From NCBI GenBank assembly GCA_963733375.1, contig CAVTDB010000003.1:192001-256000 (forward strand): DNA of 64,000 bases, in the 5' to 3' direction. Below the pieces are notes generated by a model. The model saw only the letters and a program-made list of their open reading frames with translations. It had not been told where the DNA came from and made no database searches. Shown piece by piece: positions 1 through 8,407 of this stretch (position 1 is the first letter of the stretch; each line of letters begins with the position of its first letter). A program made the position numbers and the translations under genes. The stretch is from Nitrospirota bacterium (GTDB lineage: Bacteria; Nitrospirota; JACRHJ01).

Positions 1-1656
1 CGTTTTATAGCCTCGTCTCTCACGTCCTCAATGATCGCGCCTTTATCAACCAGGGCGATATAATCTTCAATCTGCTTTTTCTGATTTTTCTTCTCTCTTG
101 CTATCGCCCTGTAATCCTCTTCCGTGATGTGATAGCCCATTAATTCGCGGTCCTTTGCATGGCAGATATATTCACCCCTAAAGAAGCAAATAATTTCGCC
201 CTTGTTTTTATATACCGGCCTGATTTCAACGCTCTGCCCGATGAACTCAAAAAGCGCCTCATGCTGATATAAAATATTGTCGTATTGAATTCCTTGAGTA
301 GTAACCTTCCTGGGCACTCTTGAAGCGGCCACCACTTCAAGGACTTCGGGCGGCGCTGTTACTTTCGCTACCTTGGAAAATTCACAATGCCTTTCAAGGC
401 ATGATTTTTTAAGCGGCCTTCTAAATTCCTTGTGGTACTTGTCTTTTATGTAGCTGTAAATGATCCGTTCCAGGTCAGCCATTGTTAAAAGCGGCTTTAT
501 ATCGTCCGGGCGATTTTCGGGGTTTCTGCCGCAATAGCCCGGCAGTTTTGAGATACACTGTCCTTCAAAGGTCCTAAAAAATCTTTCAATCGGTTTCGAT
601 GATCCTCTATATGGAATAGCATGAGTTTTATCAACTCCCATGTCATTAAGAAGCGCTTCAAAATCGGCGCTTAAGTAGTCCTTGCCGTTATCGACATAGA
701 CGGATGCCGGAACTCCAAACATTGGATAATCCTTATCCGGCTTGGGCGCGACTCCATTCATAAAGCTCTGCATAATGGTTAAAGAGTTGCCCTGAAAGGT
801 CAGACTATAACCGACAATGCTCATATCACATAGGTCCATCCATGCGGATAGCCAGGGCCTTACTGCCTTGCCATTTTTGTTCTTTATAAAGAGGTCCAGC
901 TTATGATGATCGCCGCACCAAATATCATTTATGAAGTCCGGTTTCTTACGCGCGGTTTTTACTTCAAATTTATCCGTAAAGGTTTTTTTGGTTTCGCGCT
1001 CATGGGCTATTACAGCCGGGGGATACTTCCGATGATCCTCCGGGCGGCGGTATAAGACAATTTCTCGCCCCGCGCATCCGCAATCGGTAGCGTCTTTTCA
1101 TAAACTTCCAAAATGGAATATTTAGGCTTGCTTAAATAAAATTTCTGGAGCGTCTTTTGAACTTCATCGGATACCGCCCGGATAATGCCTTTGTCTTTGC
1201 GGTCCTTACGGCAGAGGGCTTTATAGTCTTTTTCTTTCCAGGCGCGCACCCACCTGAAAACGGTGCGGGGCGACACCTCGTTAGCAGTCTGCGATTTTCC
1301 CGGCCAAAACGGTTCTTATCCGTGGCGTCCGAAAAAAGGAGCGGCTGTATAATTTCTATCTTTTCGCTTACCTCGTTTTTTTCCTCATTGCTTAAATAAA
1401 GCCATTGGCTATCAGTCGGCTTTTGTTCAGGTGCGGGGGACGTGGGCTTTATTGGAAGGTTTGCATTTGCGAGATATTTAGCGGGCAGGTTATACAGGCT
1501 TTCCAATAAAATCAGCGTCTGCCTTTTTCCATTGCGGGACGTGCGGGGGGCCGGGCGAGCGACAAGCGAATATTTTTTAGGAAGACGTTTAGCGGTCCTC
1601 AAGGGGGTTTTGAGGATGTTCGCCATTTCTCCTATGGTTATATACTTATCGTCCAC
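1..1656 (-). CDS. MuA/TnsB-like DDE transposase (3' end outside the window; two apparent frameshifts near 1280 and 1010)
   Basis: Joined frames give N-terminal HTH (YITIGEMANILK), SPRTVFRWVRAW HTH, then manually read IWCGDHHKLD, RPWLSAWMD, VYVDNGKDY, SKPIERFFRTF. Confidence 0.85.
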
Positions 1657-1672
1657 GCCGGGCCCCTTGTGA

Positions 1673-1984
1673 TTAAAAATCCAGCAGGTGTTTTTTATCG
1701 CAGAGGTCCTCAAGGGCGGCTTTCATCTCCTGCGCATACGCTATGGCATTACCCGTCTCCAGGAGGTCCCGCTTGTGGTACTCGTAAAGCTCGATCTCCT
1801 TTACGTCGTGGCTCCCGCTCATAAGGGCTTTTCTTTCCTTCTCCACCCTTGCGATGGTGTCCTTCATGTTTGCCTTTTCTTCGGCAATGAACGTGTCTAT
1901 GCCGCCCTGGATGTAGCGGCTCAGTTTCAGGCTCATTTTCTTCGGGCTGATAATCAGCCTCTTTTTAGTGTTTTCCATCTCCAT
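1673..1984 (-). CDS. Hypothetical 103-aa helical protein upstream of transposase
   Basis: ORF with AAGGAG RBS, co-oriented with and immediately upstream of the transposase. Confidence 0.65.
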   Translation of the reverse strand: MEMENTKKRLIISPKKMSLKLSRYIQGGIDTFIAEEKANMKDTIARVEKERKALMSGSHDVKEIELYEYHKRDLLETGNAIAYAQEMKAALEDLCDKKHLLDF

Positions 1985-2080
1985 CTCCTTAATCTCCTTT
2001 CATTGTTTACTGTTTACAGCGCCCTTAAGATTTGTTAAACTCCCAGTTAATTTTTTCTTGTAGCGGAATATAAATGCAAT

Positions 2081-2123
2081 AATATTTCATTAAACGAAAT
2101 ATGTCAAATAAAATATTTCATTA
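2081..2123. promoter_or_regulatory. Divergent promoter/operator region of element 1
   Basis: AATATTTCATTA at 2081-2092 and 2112-2123, flanking a - strand TTGACA (2102-2107). Confidence 0.5.
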
Positions 2124-2146
2124 TTTACAACTTCATTTAAATTCTA

Positions 2147-2545
2147 ATGCCGCCTTCTTTTAAAGTTGAATTAGGTCAAAGACTTAAAAAAGTGCGCCAA
2201 TCTATGGAAATGACGCAAAAACGATTTTGTCTTCATTTTGGGCCTACTGTTGAAAGTCCAAGCCTGTTAAGCCGGTATGAATCCGGCGATATTAACCCGC
2301 CGATATATCTTTTTAAGCTCCTTGCGGATCAAACGATTAATCTTAATTGGCTGTTTACAGGCGAGGGTCCTATGTACCTCGACGGTGATAAGCCTTTATC
2401 GGTTCCCGACTCTGCTACACGGCGAGAACTTGACGCAATATGGAAAACACATCGGATTTTTAAAGAGTGTGGGGCCGATAAGGTTAAGGCTTTAACGGTC
2501 TTCTTAAATTCCCTTGATCCTGGCCGGGATAATAAAGAGAAGTAA
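2147..2545 (+). CDS. XRE/CI-like HTH repressor
   Basis: LGQRLKKVRQSMEMTQ...LLSRYESG...INLNWLFTGEGPM signature, divergent from the transposase operon. Confidence 0.9.
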   Translation: MPPSFKVELGQRLKKVRQSMEMTQKRFCLHFGPTVESPSLLSRYESGDINPPIYLFKLLADQTINLNWLFTGEGPMYLDGDKPLSVPDSATRRELDAIWKTHRIFKECGADKVKALTVFLNSLDPGRDNKEK

Positions 2546-2572
2546 ACATACTTTTTTAGAAATCGTAACAAA

Positions 2573-2824
2573 CAGGGGCCACAATTTAAAAAGCAAAAGT
2601 GGCCCTGGGATAATTCCTAATAATCGGCACCTAAGAGCCGAAACTCCTTTAAATGTTTAGTTTTTTAGATTTTGGCCCTTGGATTCAAGGTTTTTTAATA
2701 AAAGTGGCCCTGGGATAATTCCTAACAAAGCTTATCCTATTGTAAAATTTAGGCTATCCCGTTTTGAGAGTTTACATAACATTTCCGTTACTGACAAATA
2801 AACTGGCTATTTGGCCCTTGGATT
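2573..2824. repeat. Subterminal repeat cluster (TGGCCC core)
   Basis: Perfect 26-bp repeat at 2595-2620 and 2700-2725; TTTGGCCCTTGGATT at 2671-2685 and 2810-2824; one inverted copy near 2573-2583. Confidence 0.9.
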
Positions 2825-3010
2825 TGGGCGGCTTTCCGATGCCTGGGGCGATAAAATCAGGGGTTTTAAAGGTTTTTTAAAGGAGGGTTAATCTATTGCA
2901 TTATAAGGGATTTAATTTCTCTTTAAATCTCGTTTAAGAGGTTCCATTTCCCACGTAATCCCGCGTTTTCTCGTTTTTTCCCGCGATTTTAATATTGACA
3001 TATAAAGTGA

Positions 3011-3595
3011 CTACCTACAGCCGTGGAGTACCTTGCAGGCGTCTTTCGTCAGCTCCACCTCGCATAGCTCCTTGACCGCCGTGGCCACGTCGTCTTCGTC
3101 CAGCGGCCGGAACTTGTATATCTGGCTTATCCGGGAGAAGAAGTGGGGGTGCCTCTTCAGCATCCGGTCCACCTTGCCCATCCCGATAAGGACGATGGGC
3201 GTGCCGCATTCGTCGTGCAGGTCCCTGAGCGATTCCAGCACCCGCGTATCACGGCAGCAGAAATCTATCTCGTCCACCAGGAGCATGGTTTCCTGTTTCA
3301 TCAGTTTCTCTTTCGCCTGCTCGAAGAGCTTCGCGTAGTTGTATTTGGGCTCCTCGCCCAGTTCCGCGACTATCAGCTCCATCAGCCAGCGCGCGCTTAT
3401 GTTGGCCTTGGCGCGGATGTATTTCGCGTTAGACCCCTTGCGGCCGACGAGCCACGAGCAGGTCTCCGTCTTGCCGAGCCCCGGGTCGCTATAGACAAGC
3501 CCCAGCCCCGGCACGCTTGGCTTCTTATCGCGCAGGTTCTTCACCAGCTCCAGCGTCCGCATCACGTTTTTTGTCTTTACAATGGCATTGCGCAT
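3011..3595 (-). pseudogene. MuB/TnsC-like AAA+ ATPase truncated by element 1
   Basis: Walker A (SDPGLGKT), Walker B (LLVDEID), LRDLHDE...IVLIGM...FFSRI; last codons TGT AGG TAG are supplied by the element 1 terminus. Confidence 0.85.
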
Positions 3596-3670
3596 CTGGT
3601 ATTGTTTCCTCCATTCGTCGTTCGTACTGCTCGGTTTGTTAGGCCCTCGTTGCCGCGGGGGCCATGCTTT

Positions 3671-5794
3671 TTACGCGTACTGAAGTTCCTTTTCGTATCG
3701 CTCCAACCACCCCCTTTCATCCTTCGTCATGGTTGCCTTGCCCTTCAAGTCCTCGTATTTTTCGTAGTCCGACTGGTAGAGCTTGCGGGATAGCTTCGGC
3801 GGCACCGCCTCGGTAGAGGGGCCTGCTGTTTCGCTGGCAGGCATATAAGCTTGTCGGCAAGGGAAGTAGCCGCGCACCGGCGTTCCGTCTCTAACGTGGC
3901 AACGTCCGCTATCAGCCTCGGCATCTCGCGTGTCAGCCTCGCCTGTGACCAGGGCGTCCGGGACTCCGTACCCGGCCGCAAGATATGCCCGCGCGGTTTT
4001 AATCGTCTGTTTTCGGAGGTGGGCCTTGTTCTTGTTCGCCTGGCTGACCGCCTCCATATCCACCTTGCTTCCGGTGAGAGCCGCCATCGCGGGCACGGCC
4101 GTCTGGAGGCTTGCGGAGCAGAGATAGCCGCCGTTCGGAAGATAGACATGCACCTGTTCTACATCGAAGACCGAATACCGGATTTCCGCCCGGCCAGCAT
4201 ATCCGTAGAGGGCGTCGTGCCAGTAGTTCAGGCCGCGCCAGCGTATGCCCTCGCGGGTCACCTTGGTCACCTCGGCTGACATCATCAGGTAGTCGAGTTG
4301 ACGGGCGTCGATGCCGGAGCCGCGTCCAGCGGCGAAGACCTCGGCGGGAATCCGGCCCTGTAGTCCCTTGTGCGGCTGGGAGTGGTGGAACTTGAGCCAC
4401 CGGCCTATCATCTCCACGGCCTGCGGGATGCTGGGGACGAAGTCCCCGTGGGCCTGTTTATGGAATTTCTCGTTGCGCATCATCCAGGTGGGCTTGTCTT
4501 CTATGGAGGCTCCGGTAAAAGACTCGATCATCCGTTCGCACTGGTCCCCGAACGTGCCCCAGAAGCGCTCTATTATCTTCGCCTGGGCGTTGTACGGCCT
4601 GGAGAAAACGGGCTTGATGCCGAGCCTGCCGAAGAGGCCGACTATGCCGCATTGCTCCAGGTCCACATCCGACGTGAAGAACTTCGCCCTGAATGATTTG
4701 CCGTTGTCCTGATAGGCTATGCGCGGGAATTTGCCGAGCGTAAGGATCGCGTTCCGCAGCGCCCCCGCGATTACCTGTGTGGTCTCCTCTATCATGATCT
4801 CGTAGCCGCAGAGGTAACGCGAGGCCCAGTCTATGTAGCCTATCAAGGTCGCCCGGCAGGGCTTGCCGGTCCAGGGATTAATCACGAGGAAGTTCAGCCT
4901 GTGCCCGTCCGTTATGAGCACGTCCCCGACCTCCAGCATCGAGCTATCGCGCTTGATATACGGCGATACCTTGTCGTTTAGGGCCTTCTCGCCCTCGCGC
5001 ATCAGCACCCACAGGTCCCGCTGGGTATCCATGAATTCTTTGATATGGCGCTCTAACGTTTTCGGGGACGAGGGGGAAGGGATTCCCTTCTCTTCGAGGA
5101 CGTACTTCATAAGCCTTATAGCCGTCTGCACCGGGCGTTTCTGGGGGGTAAGCAGGATATTCAGGAGAGTCGTGGACTCGTGGGCCATGACCGAACGGGA
5201 GCCCTTGCTTGTGCCCCACTCCGGCGCCAGGGCGCGGTAGTCGTTGCCCGACTCGATGTATGTCTTTTCCCAGCGGTAAAGGGTGCCCTGGCTGACCGTG
5301 TCCAGCTCCTTGAAAATCTCTTCCAGCAGGACTCCGGAATTGTAGGCCGCGAGGAAACGGCTGAGCGCGATCTTCGTCTTGCGTTCCTTCTTGGCGTCGT
5401 CTTTCGCCTTGTGCCAGGCATGCACGAGGTCCGCTCTGGCAAGGGCCTTTTTCTGGGCCCAGGGCGGGAGGATTCCTGAAGCAACACCGGGAATCATAAC
5501 GCCCCTCCCAGCCCCACTCCCTGCGGCGGGAGGGGGCGTGGCGATGGAGGAGCGGCCCAAGGCCGGAGGAGCCACCGACTGGCCTTGCAATTTAAGATAT
5601 TCAGCCTGGGCGGAAGGGGGAAGGGAGGATAGCGGGACGAGATATTTCATGCCGCCCCGGCCGCCGCGTGAGGGGACTTCTTTGGCGGCGAGTTTCCCGG
5701 AAATTATTTGACGCCGGAGGGTCCGTTCCGTTGTCTGTAAACCTATCGTTCCTAAAAGCTCTGCTACTTGTTTTACTTCAAGTAGTGCCTGCAT
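3671..5794 (-). CDS. MuA-like DDE transposase
   Basis: N-terminal Mu-type HTH (GGRGGMKYLVPLSSLP), ITDGH, YQDNGKSF, AKIIERFW, Mu-transposase C-terminal region; start taken at MQALLEV. Confidence 0.93.
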   Translation of the reverse strand: MQALLEVKQVAELLGTIGLQTTERTLRRQIISGKLAAKEVPSRGGRGGMKYLVPLSSLPPSAQAEYLKLQGQSVAPPALGRSSIATPPPAAGSGAGRGVMIPGVASGILPPWAQKKALARADLVHAWHKAKDDAKKERKTKIALSRFLAAYNSGVLLEEIFKELDTVSQGTLYRWEKTYIESGNDYRALAPEWGTSKGSRSVMAHESTTLLNILLTPQKRPVQTAIRLMKYVLEEKGIPSPSSPKTLERHIKEFMDTQRDLWVLMREGEKALNDKVSPYIKRDSSMLEVGDVLITDGHRLNFLVINPWTGKPCRATLIGYIDWASRYLCGYEIMIEETTQVIAGALRNAILTLGKFPRIAYQDNGKSFRAKFFTSDVDLEQCGIVGLFGRLGIKPVFSRPYNAQAKIIERFWGTFGDQCERMIESFTGASIEDKPTWMMRNEKFHKQAHGDFVPSIPQAVEMIGRWLKFHHSQPHKGLQGRIPAEVFAAGRGSGIDARQLDYLMMSAEVTKVTREGIRWRGLNYWHDALYGYAGRAEIRYSVFDVEQVHVYLPNGGYLCSASLQTAVPAMAALTGSKVDMEAVSQANKNKAHLRKQTIKTARAYLAAGYGVPDALVTGEADTRDAEADSGRCHVRDGTPVRGYFPCRQAYMPASETAGPSTEAVPPKLSRKLYQSDYEKYEDLKGKATMTKDERGWLERYEKELQYA

Positions 5795-5861
5795 ATCCAC
5801 CCTCGGTTTTAGCCGTTGACATTCGCGTTGGGACGTTTTAAAATCCAGTTCAATCTTGAAC

Positions 5862-6146
5862 TCAGGCGGCGCAGTCGTCCGCGCGGTAACGGAGCGGCCA
5901 GAGGGTTTCCTTCGGCACGCCCAGTATGGCGGCGACGTAGGTCTGTACCCGCTCCGATTTGTCCCGGTCGTATACGGCGTACTTAACGCCGTTGCAGGAC
6001 ACACCCATTTGGCGGCCTATTTTCGACCAGTTAAGGTTCCTGCGGCGAAGCTCGTGGTAGATGATCCGGCCCCGTTCCTGGCGGTCCGTCTCAAGATTGA
6101 GCTGGCGGAGGAAGAGCTTCATGTGGGATTTTTCTCTTACTGTCAT
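5862..6146 (-). CDS. Ner-like DNA-binding protein
   Basis: IYHELRRRNLNWSKIG...VAAILGVPKETLWPLRY resembles the Ner/Nlp WPxRY terminus; AAGGAG RBS; upstream of MuA. Confidence 0.75.
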   Translation of the reverse strand: MTVREKSHMKLFLRQLNLETDRQERGRIIYHELRRRNLNWSKIGRQMGVSCNGVKYAVYDRDKSERVQTYVAAILGVPKETLWPLRYRADDCAA

Positions 6147-6165
6147 GTCGGGTACTCCTTAACTA

Positions 6166-6581
6166 TGAGCGGTTATGCCACATACGCGTACTCAAGTAGC
6201 GAACACGTAGCGGAATTAAAAGGATCTCTAACCAAAGAAGATATAGACGCCTTGCGAGAGGACTGCGCCACTCTCGGTAGACCCGCCTGGTACGCCTGGA
6301 TGCGGGATAACAGCGAGGCGATATTTGAATTCCTACTGGCAACACAATCGGTTCGGGACAGGAAGAAGAAATGGAAAGATAAGGTTTACAGGCGGCGGAT
6401 CGTTTACGCCGCCCTACAACAGGCCCGCTGGTCGAAGTCGCTTCTCGACCTACTGGATAGTCGCCCCCTGCAACCGGGGCTTTCATATCGGGAAATGACG
6501 GCAAGGGCCGGGCTGACGTGCCTTGAGATGCTTTTTTTATACAGCCCGGAGTGGCCTTTTGATGCTCCAGTTCCATTTTAA
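6166..6581 (+). CDS. Hypothetical protein (antisense to early operon)
   Basis: ORF from MSGYATY with globular-protein-like composition; no clear RBS. Confidence 0.5.
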
Positions 6582-6680
6582 CGTGCTCCCTTGTGAATTA
6601 ATTCTCTAATGCGGGTGATGTTGAACTGAAAATACACTATTAATTTATTACTGTCAAGCTAAATAAATTAATAATTTATC

Positions 6681-6810
6681 GTCCGCAATGATTTTTGATA
6701 TACTTTGGCGACTTCCCGCCTAACCTATTATTTTATTTAGAATGTTTACTATGTCCGCAAAAGAAAAAACGTCCGCAAAAATGTCCGCAAAAGGGCGCGG
6801 AATGCGGACA
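6681..6810. repeat. GTCCGCAA repeat cluster upstream of repressor
   Basis: Direct copies at 6681, 6753, 6771, 6783; inverted TGCGGAC at 6803. Confidence 0.85.
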
Positions 6811-6825
6811 CGTGTTTCTTTTCCT

Positions 6826-7203
6826 ATGGATGTCGATGAAATCCTTGACCGGATTAAGCGATTTGAGGGTATTACGGAAGACAAAGAGGTGGCTGATAAA
6901 TTATTAATGAAGCCCCAGTCTTTATTTAACGCCAAACTTGCGAGAAGAATTCCCCTTGATATATTAGCTATTTACGCACAGGAAAAGGGTATATTATTCG
7001 AGTGGCTTTTAACCGGCGAAGGCCCTGAGCGGCTGGCCCCACTGGCTTTGAAGGAGGAATACCAGGACATCCGCCTGGCTAATATGATACATCTCGTGCG
7101 GAAAATCTATAAAGAGGGGAAGGCGGCGAAGATCGAGGCGATAGAGTCTCTTTTAAAGGCGCTTAATCCGGAGGAGCCTAAAAGGAGGGGGAAAAAAATA
7201 TGA
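6826..7203 (+). CDS. Phage CI-like repressor HTH protein
   Basis: EILDRIKRFEGITEDKEVADKL...IPLD...FEWLLTGEG; start taken at MDVDEIL. Confidence 0.85.
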   Translation: MDVDEILDRIKRFEGITEDKEVADKLLMKPQSLFNAKLARRIPLDILAIYAQEKGILFEWLLTGEGPERLAPLALKEEYQDIRLANMIHLVRKIYKEGKAAKIEAIESLLKALNPEEPKRRGKKI

Positions 7204-7763
7204 TAACTATGACGAGGTTTTTACAATGCGTGTTCGATCCACAGCCGGAGGAAAACCATCTTGCAAGCCGGTACGATGCCTTTATTGAAGAGGCACAACG
7301 GCTTAAAGGGATTATAGACCGTCACATGCAGGCTGCAAGAGATGGTAAGACCATTAAAACTATAGAAAATAACGTCGAAAAAGCGAAAGCAGCGGCCATA
7401 CAACTAATAAAGATTACGCCGCCTGGACATAAAAATAGCGTCTTTGCAAAAATCATAATTTTTACGGTGATAAATTTTAGACATATAACGACTCTTGAGG
7501 AGATTGTTTTTTTCGATGAGGCAAAAAAGGAATTATTTCAAGCGTTTTATGAAGGTAAAATTACTGACGAAATGCCGCGACCGGGCATAGGAAAGCATCC
7601 AGAATTAAAAATTTTACAATATAAGAAAGCGTTGAGATGGACTTTAAAGGCTTTGGATTTTTTCCCTAATAATGAATGTTTTAATGAATATAAGAGCGAT
7701 ATTACGGAATGCATTGACGAATTAAAACCCATAGCGGGAGCGATAAAGAAGGTGAAAAAATAA
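7200..7763 (+). CDS. Hypothetical AT-rich cargo protein
   Basis: 187-aa ORF with ATGA overlap to the repressor stop. Confidence 0.7.
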   Translation: MITMTRFLQCVFDPQPEENHLASRYDAFIEEAQRLKGIIDRHMQAARDGKTIKTIENNVEKAKAAAIQLIKITPPGHKNSVFAKIIIFTVINFRHITTLEEIVFFDEAKKELFQAFYEGKITDEMPRPGIGKHPELKILQYKKALRWTLKALDFFPNNECFNEYKSDITECIDELKPIAGAIKKVKK

Positions 7764-8007
7764 GGCGGCCTGTGCCGCCCTCTTACATGCGCCGAGCGCA
7801 CGGTTTAAAATTCTCAAATTGCTTGTCTAAAACTGCCCTTCCGAGCCGTTTATTCTCAAATTGGCTTTTCCCGGCGATTTTCAGAATAGTCCTTTAAATC
7901 CCGTTATTTCCCATGTATTCCCGCCTTTTCCCGGCGTTTTCAGATTACTTGTCTTACTATAGTTGGATGAAAATTGCTACAATTTTGCTACATTGCCCGT
8001 TTTTGGC

Positions 8008-8041
8008 AAAAAAAAGGACTCACGGAAATCCGTAAGTCCTT
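8008..8041 (-). terminator. Rho-independent terminator after tRNA-Val
   Basis: AAGGACTTACGG-ATTT-CCGTGAGTCC followed by T8 on the - strand. Confidence 0.75.
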
Positions 8042-8049
8042 GATTTTAA

Positions 8050-8124
8050 TGGTAGGCGATGGGGGGTTCGAACCCTCGACCCCTGCCGTGTGAAGGCAGT
8101 GCTCTCCCGCTGAGCTAATCGCCC
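8050..8124 (-). tRNA. tRNA-Val (anticodon CAC)
   Basis: GGGCGATTAGCTCAGCGGGAGAGCA CTGCC TTCACAC GGCAG GGGTCGAGGGTTCGAACCCCCCATCGCCTACCA. Confidence 0.97.
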
Positions 8125-8236
8125 GTGTTACCTGTACTGATACCATAAAGTACGCCCGTTAGTCAACAGCTTTCGGAAAATGCGGTTGCAGTCTCGATGG
8201 ATGTATGTTAGCATTTTTTTTAAAATGGAGGATACG

Positions 8237-8407
8237 TTGACCAAACCGGGCTCGAAAGATATAGATAACGTGGCGAGGATCCTTACCGCGCTCCCGCCGG
8301 ATGAGGCGAAAAAGGTAATCCGCGAGATAAAGAATGAAAAAGACCCGGCGGGCAAGAAGAGGATTATAGAACTCGCGCTTAAGAAGAAGGGCATTAAACC
8401 GCTTTAG
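8237..8407 (+). CDS. Small hypothetical protein
   Basis: GGAGG RBS before TTG; amphipathic helical 56-aa ORF. Confidence 0.5.
   Translation: MTKPGSKDIDNVARILTALPPDEAKKVIREIKNEKDPAGKKRIIELALKKKGIKPL

Larger units (their letters stand above)
1..3019 (-). mobile_element. Mu-like transposable element 1 (inner; one end visible, rest beyond the window)
   Basis: MuA-like DDE transposase, divergent HTH repressor, repeat-rich terminus ending ...CCTACA at 3019 (TGTAGG on - strand), exactly where the MuB-like ORF is cut. Confidence 0.85.
3020..7961 (-). mobile_element. Mu-like transposable element 2 (outer): repressor / ner / A / B early region
   Basis: Mu-type gene order; 18-bp terminal repeats at 7811-7828 and 7937-7954; predicted terminus at 7961. 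Confidence 0.85.

Noticed and set aside
2595-2725. 26-bp repeats as a mini CRISPR array
   Set aside because: Only two copies; the 79-bp spacer contains a related motif; no cas gene in the window.
5795-6004. N-terminal extension of the 777-aa transposase ORF
   Set aside because: Overlaps the Ner-like gene; an RBS-like GAGG precedes the ATG at 5794.
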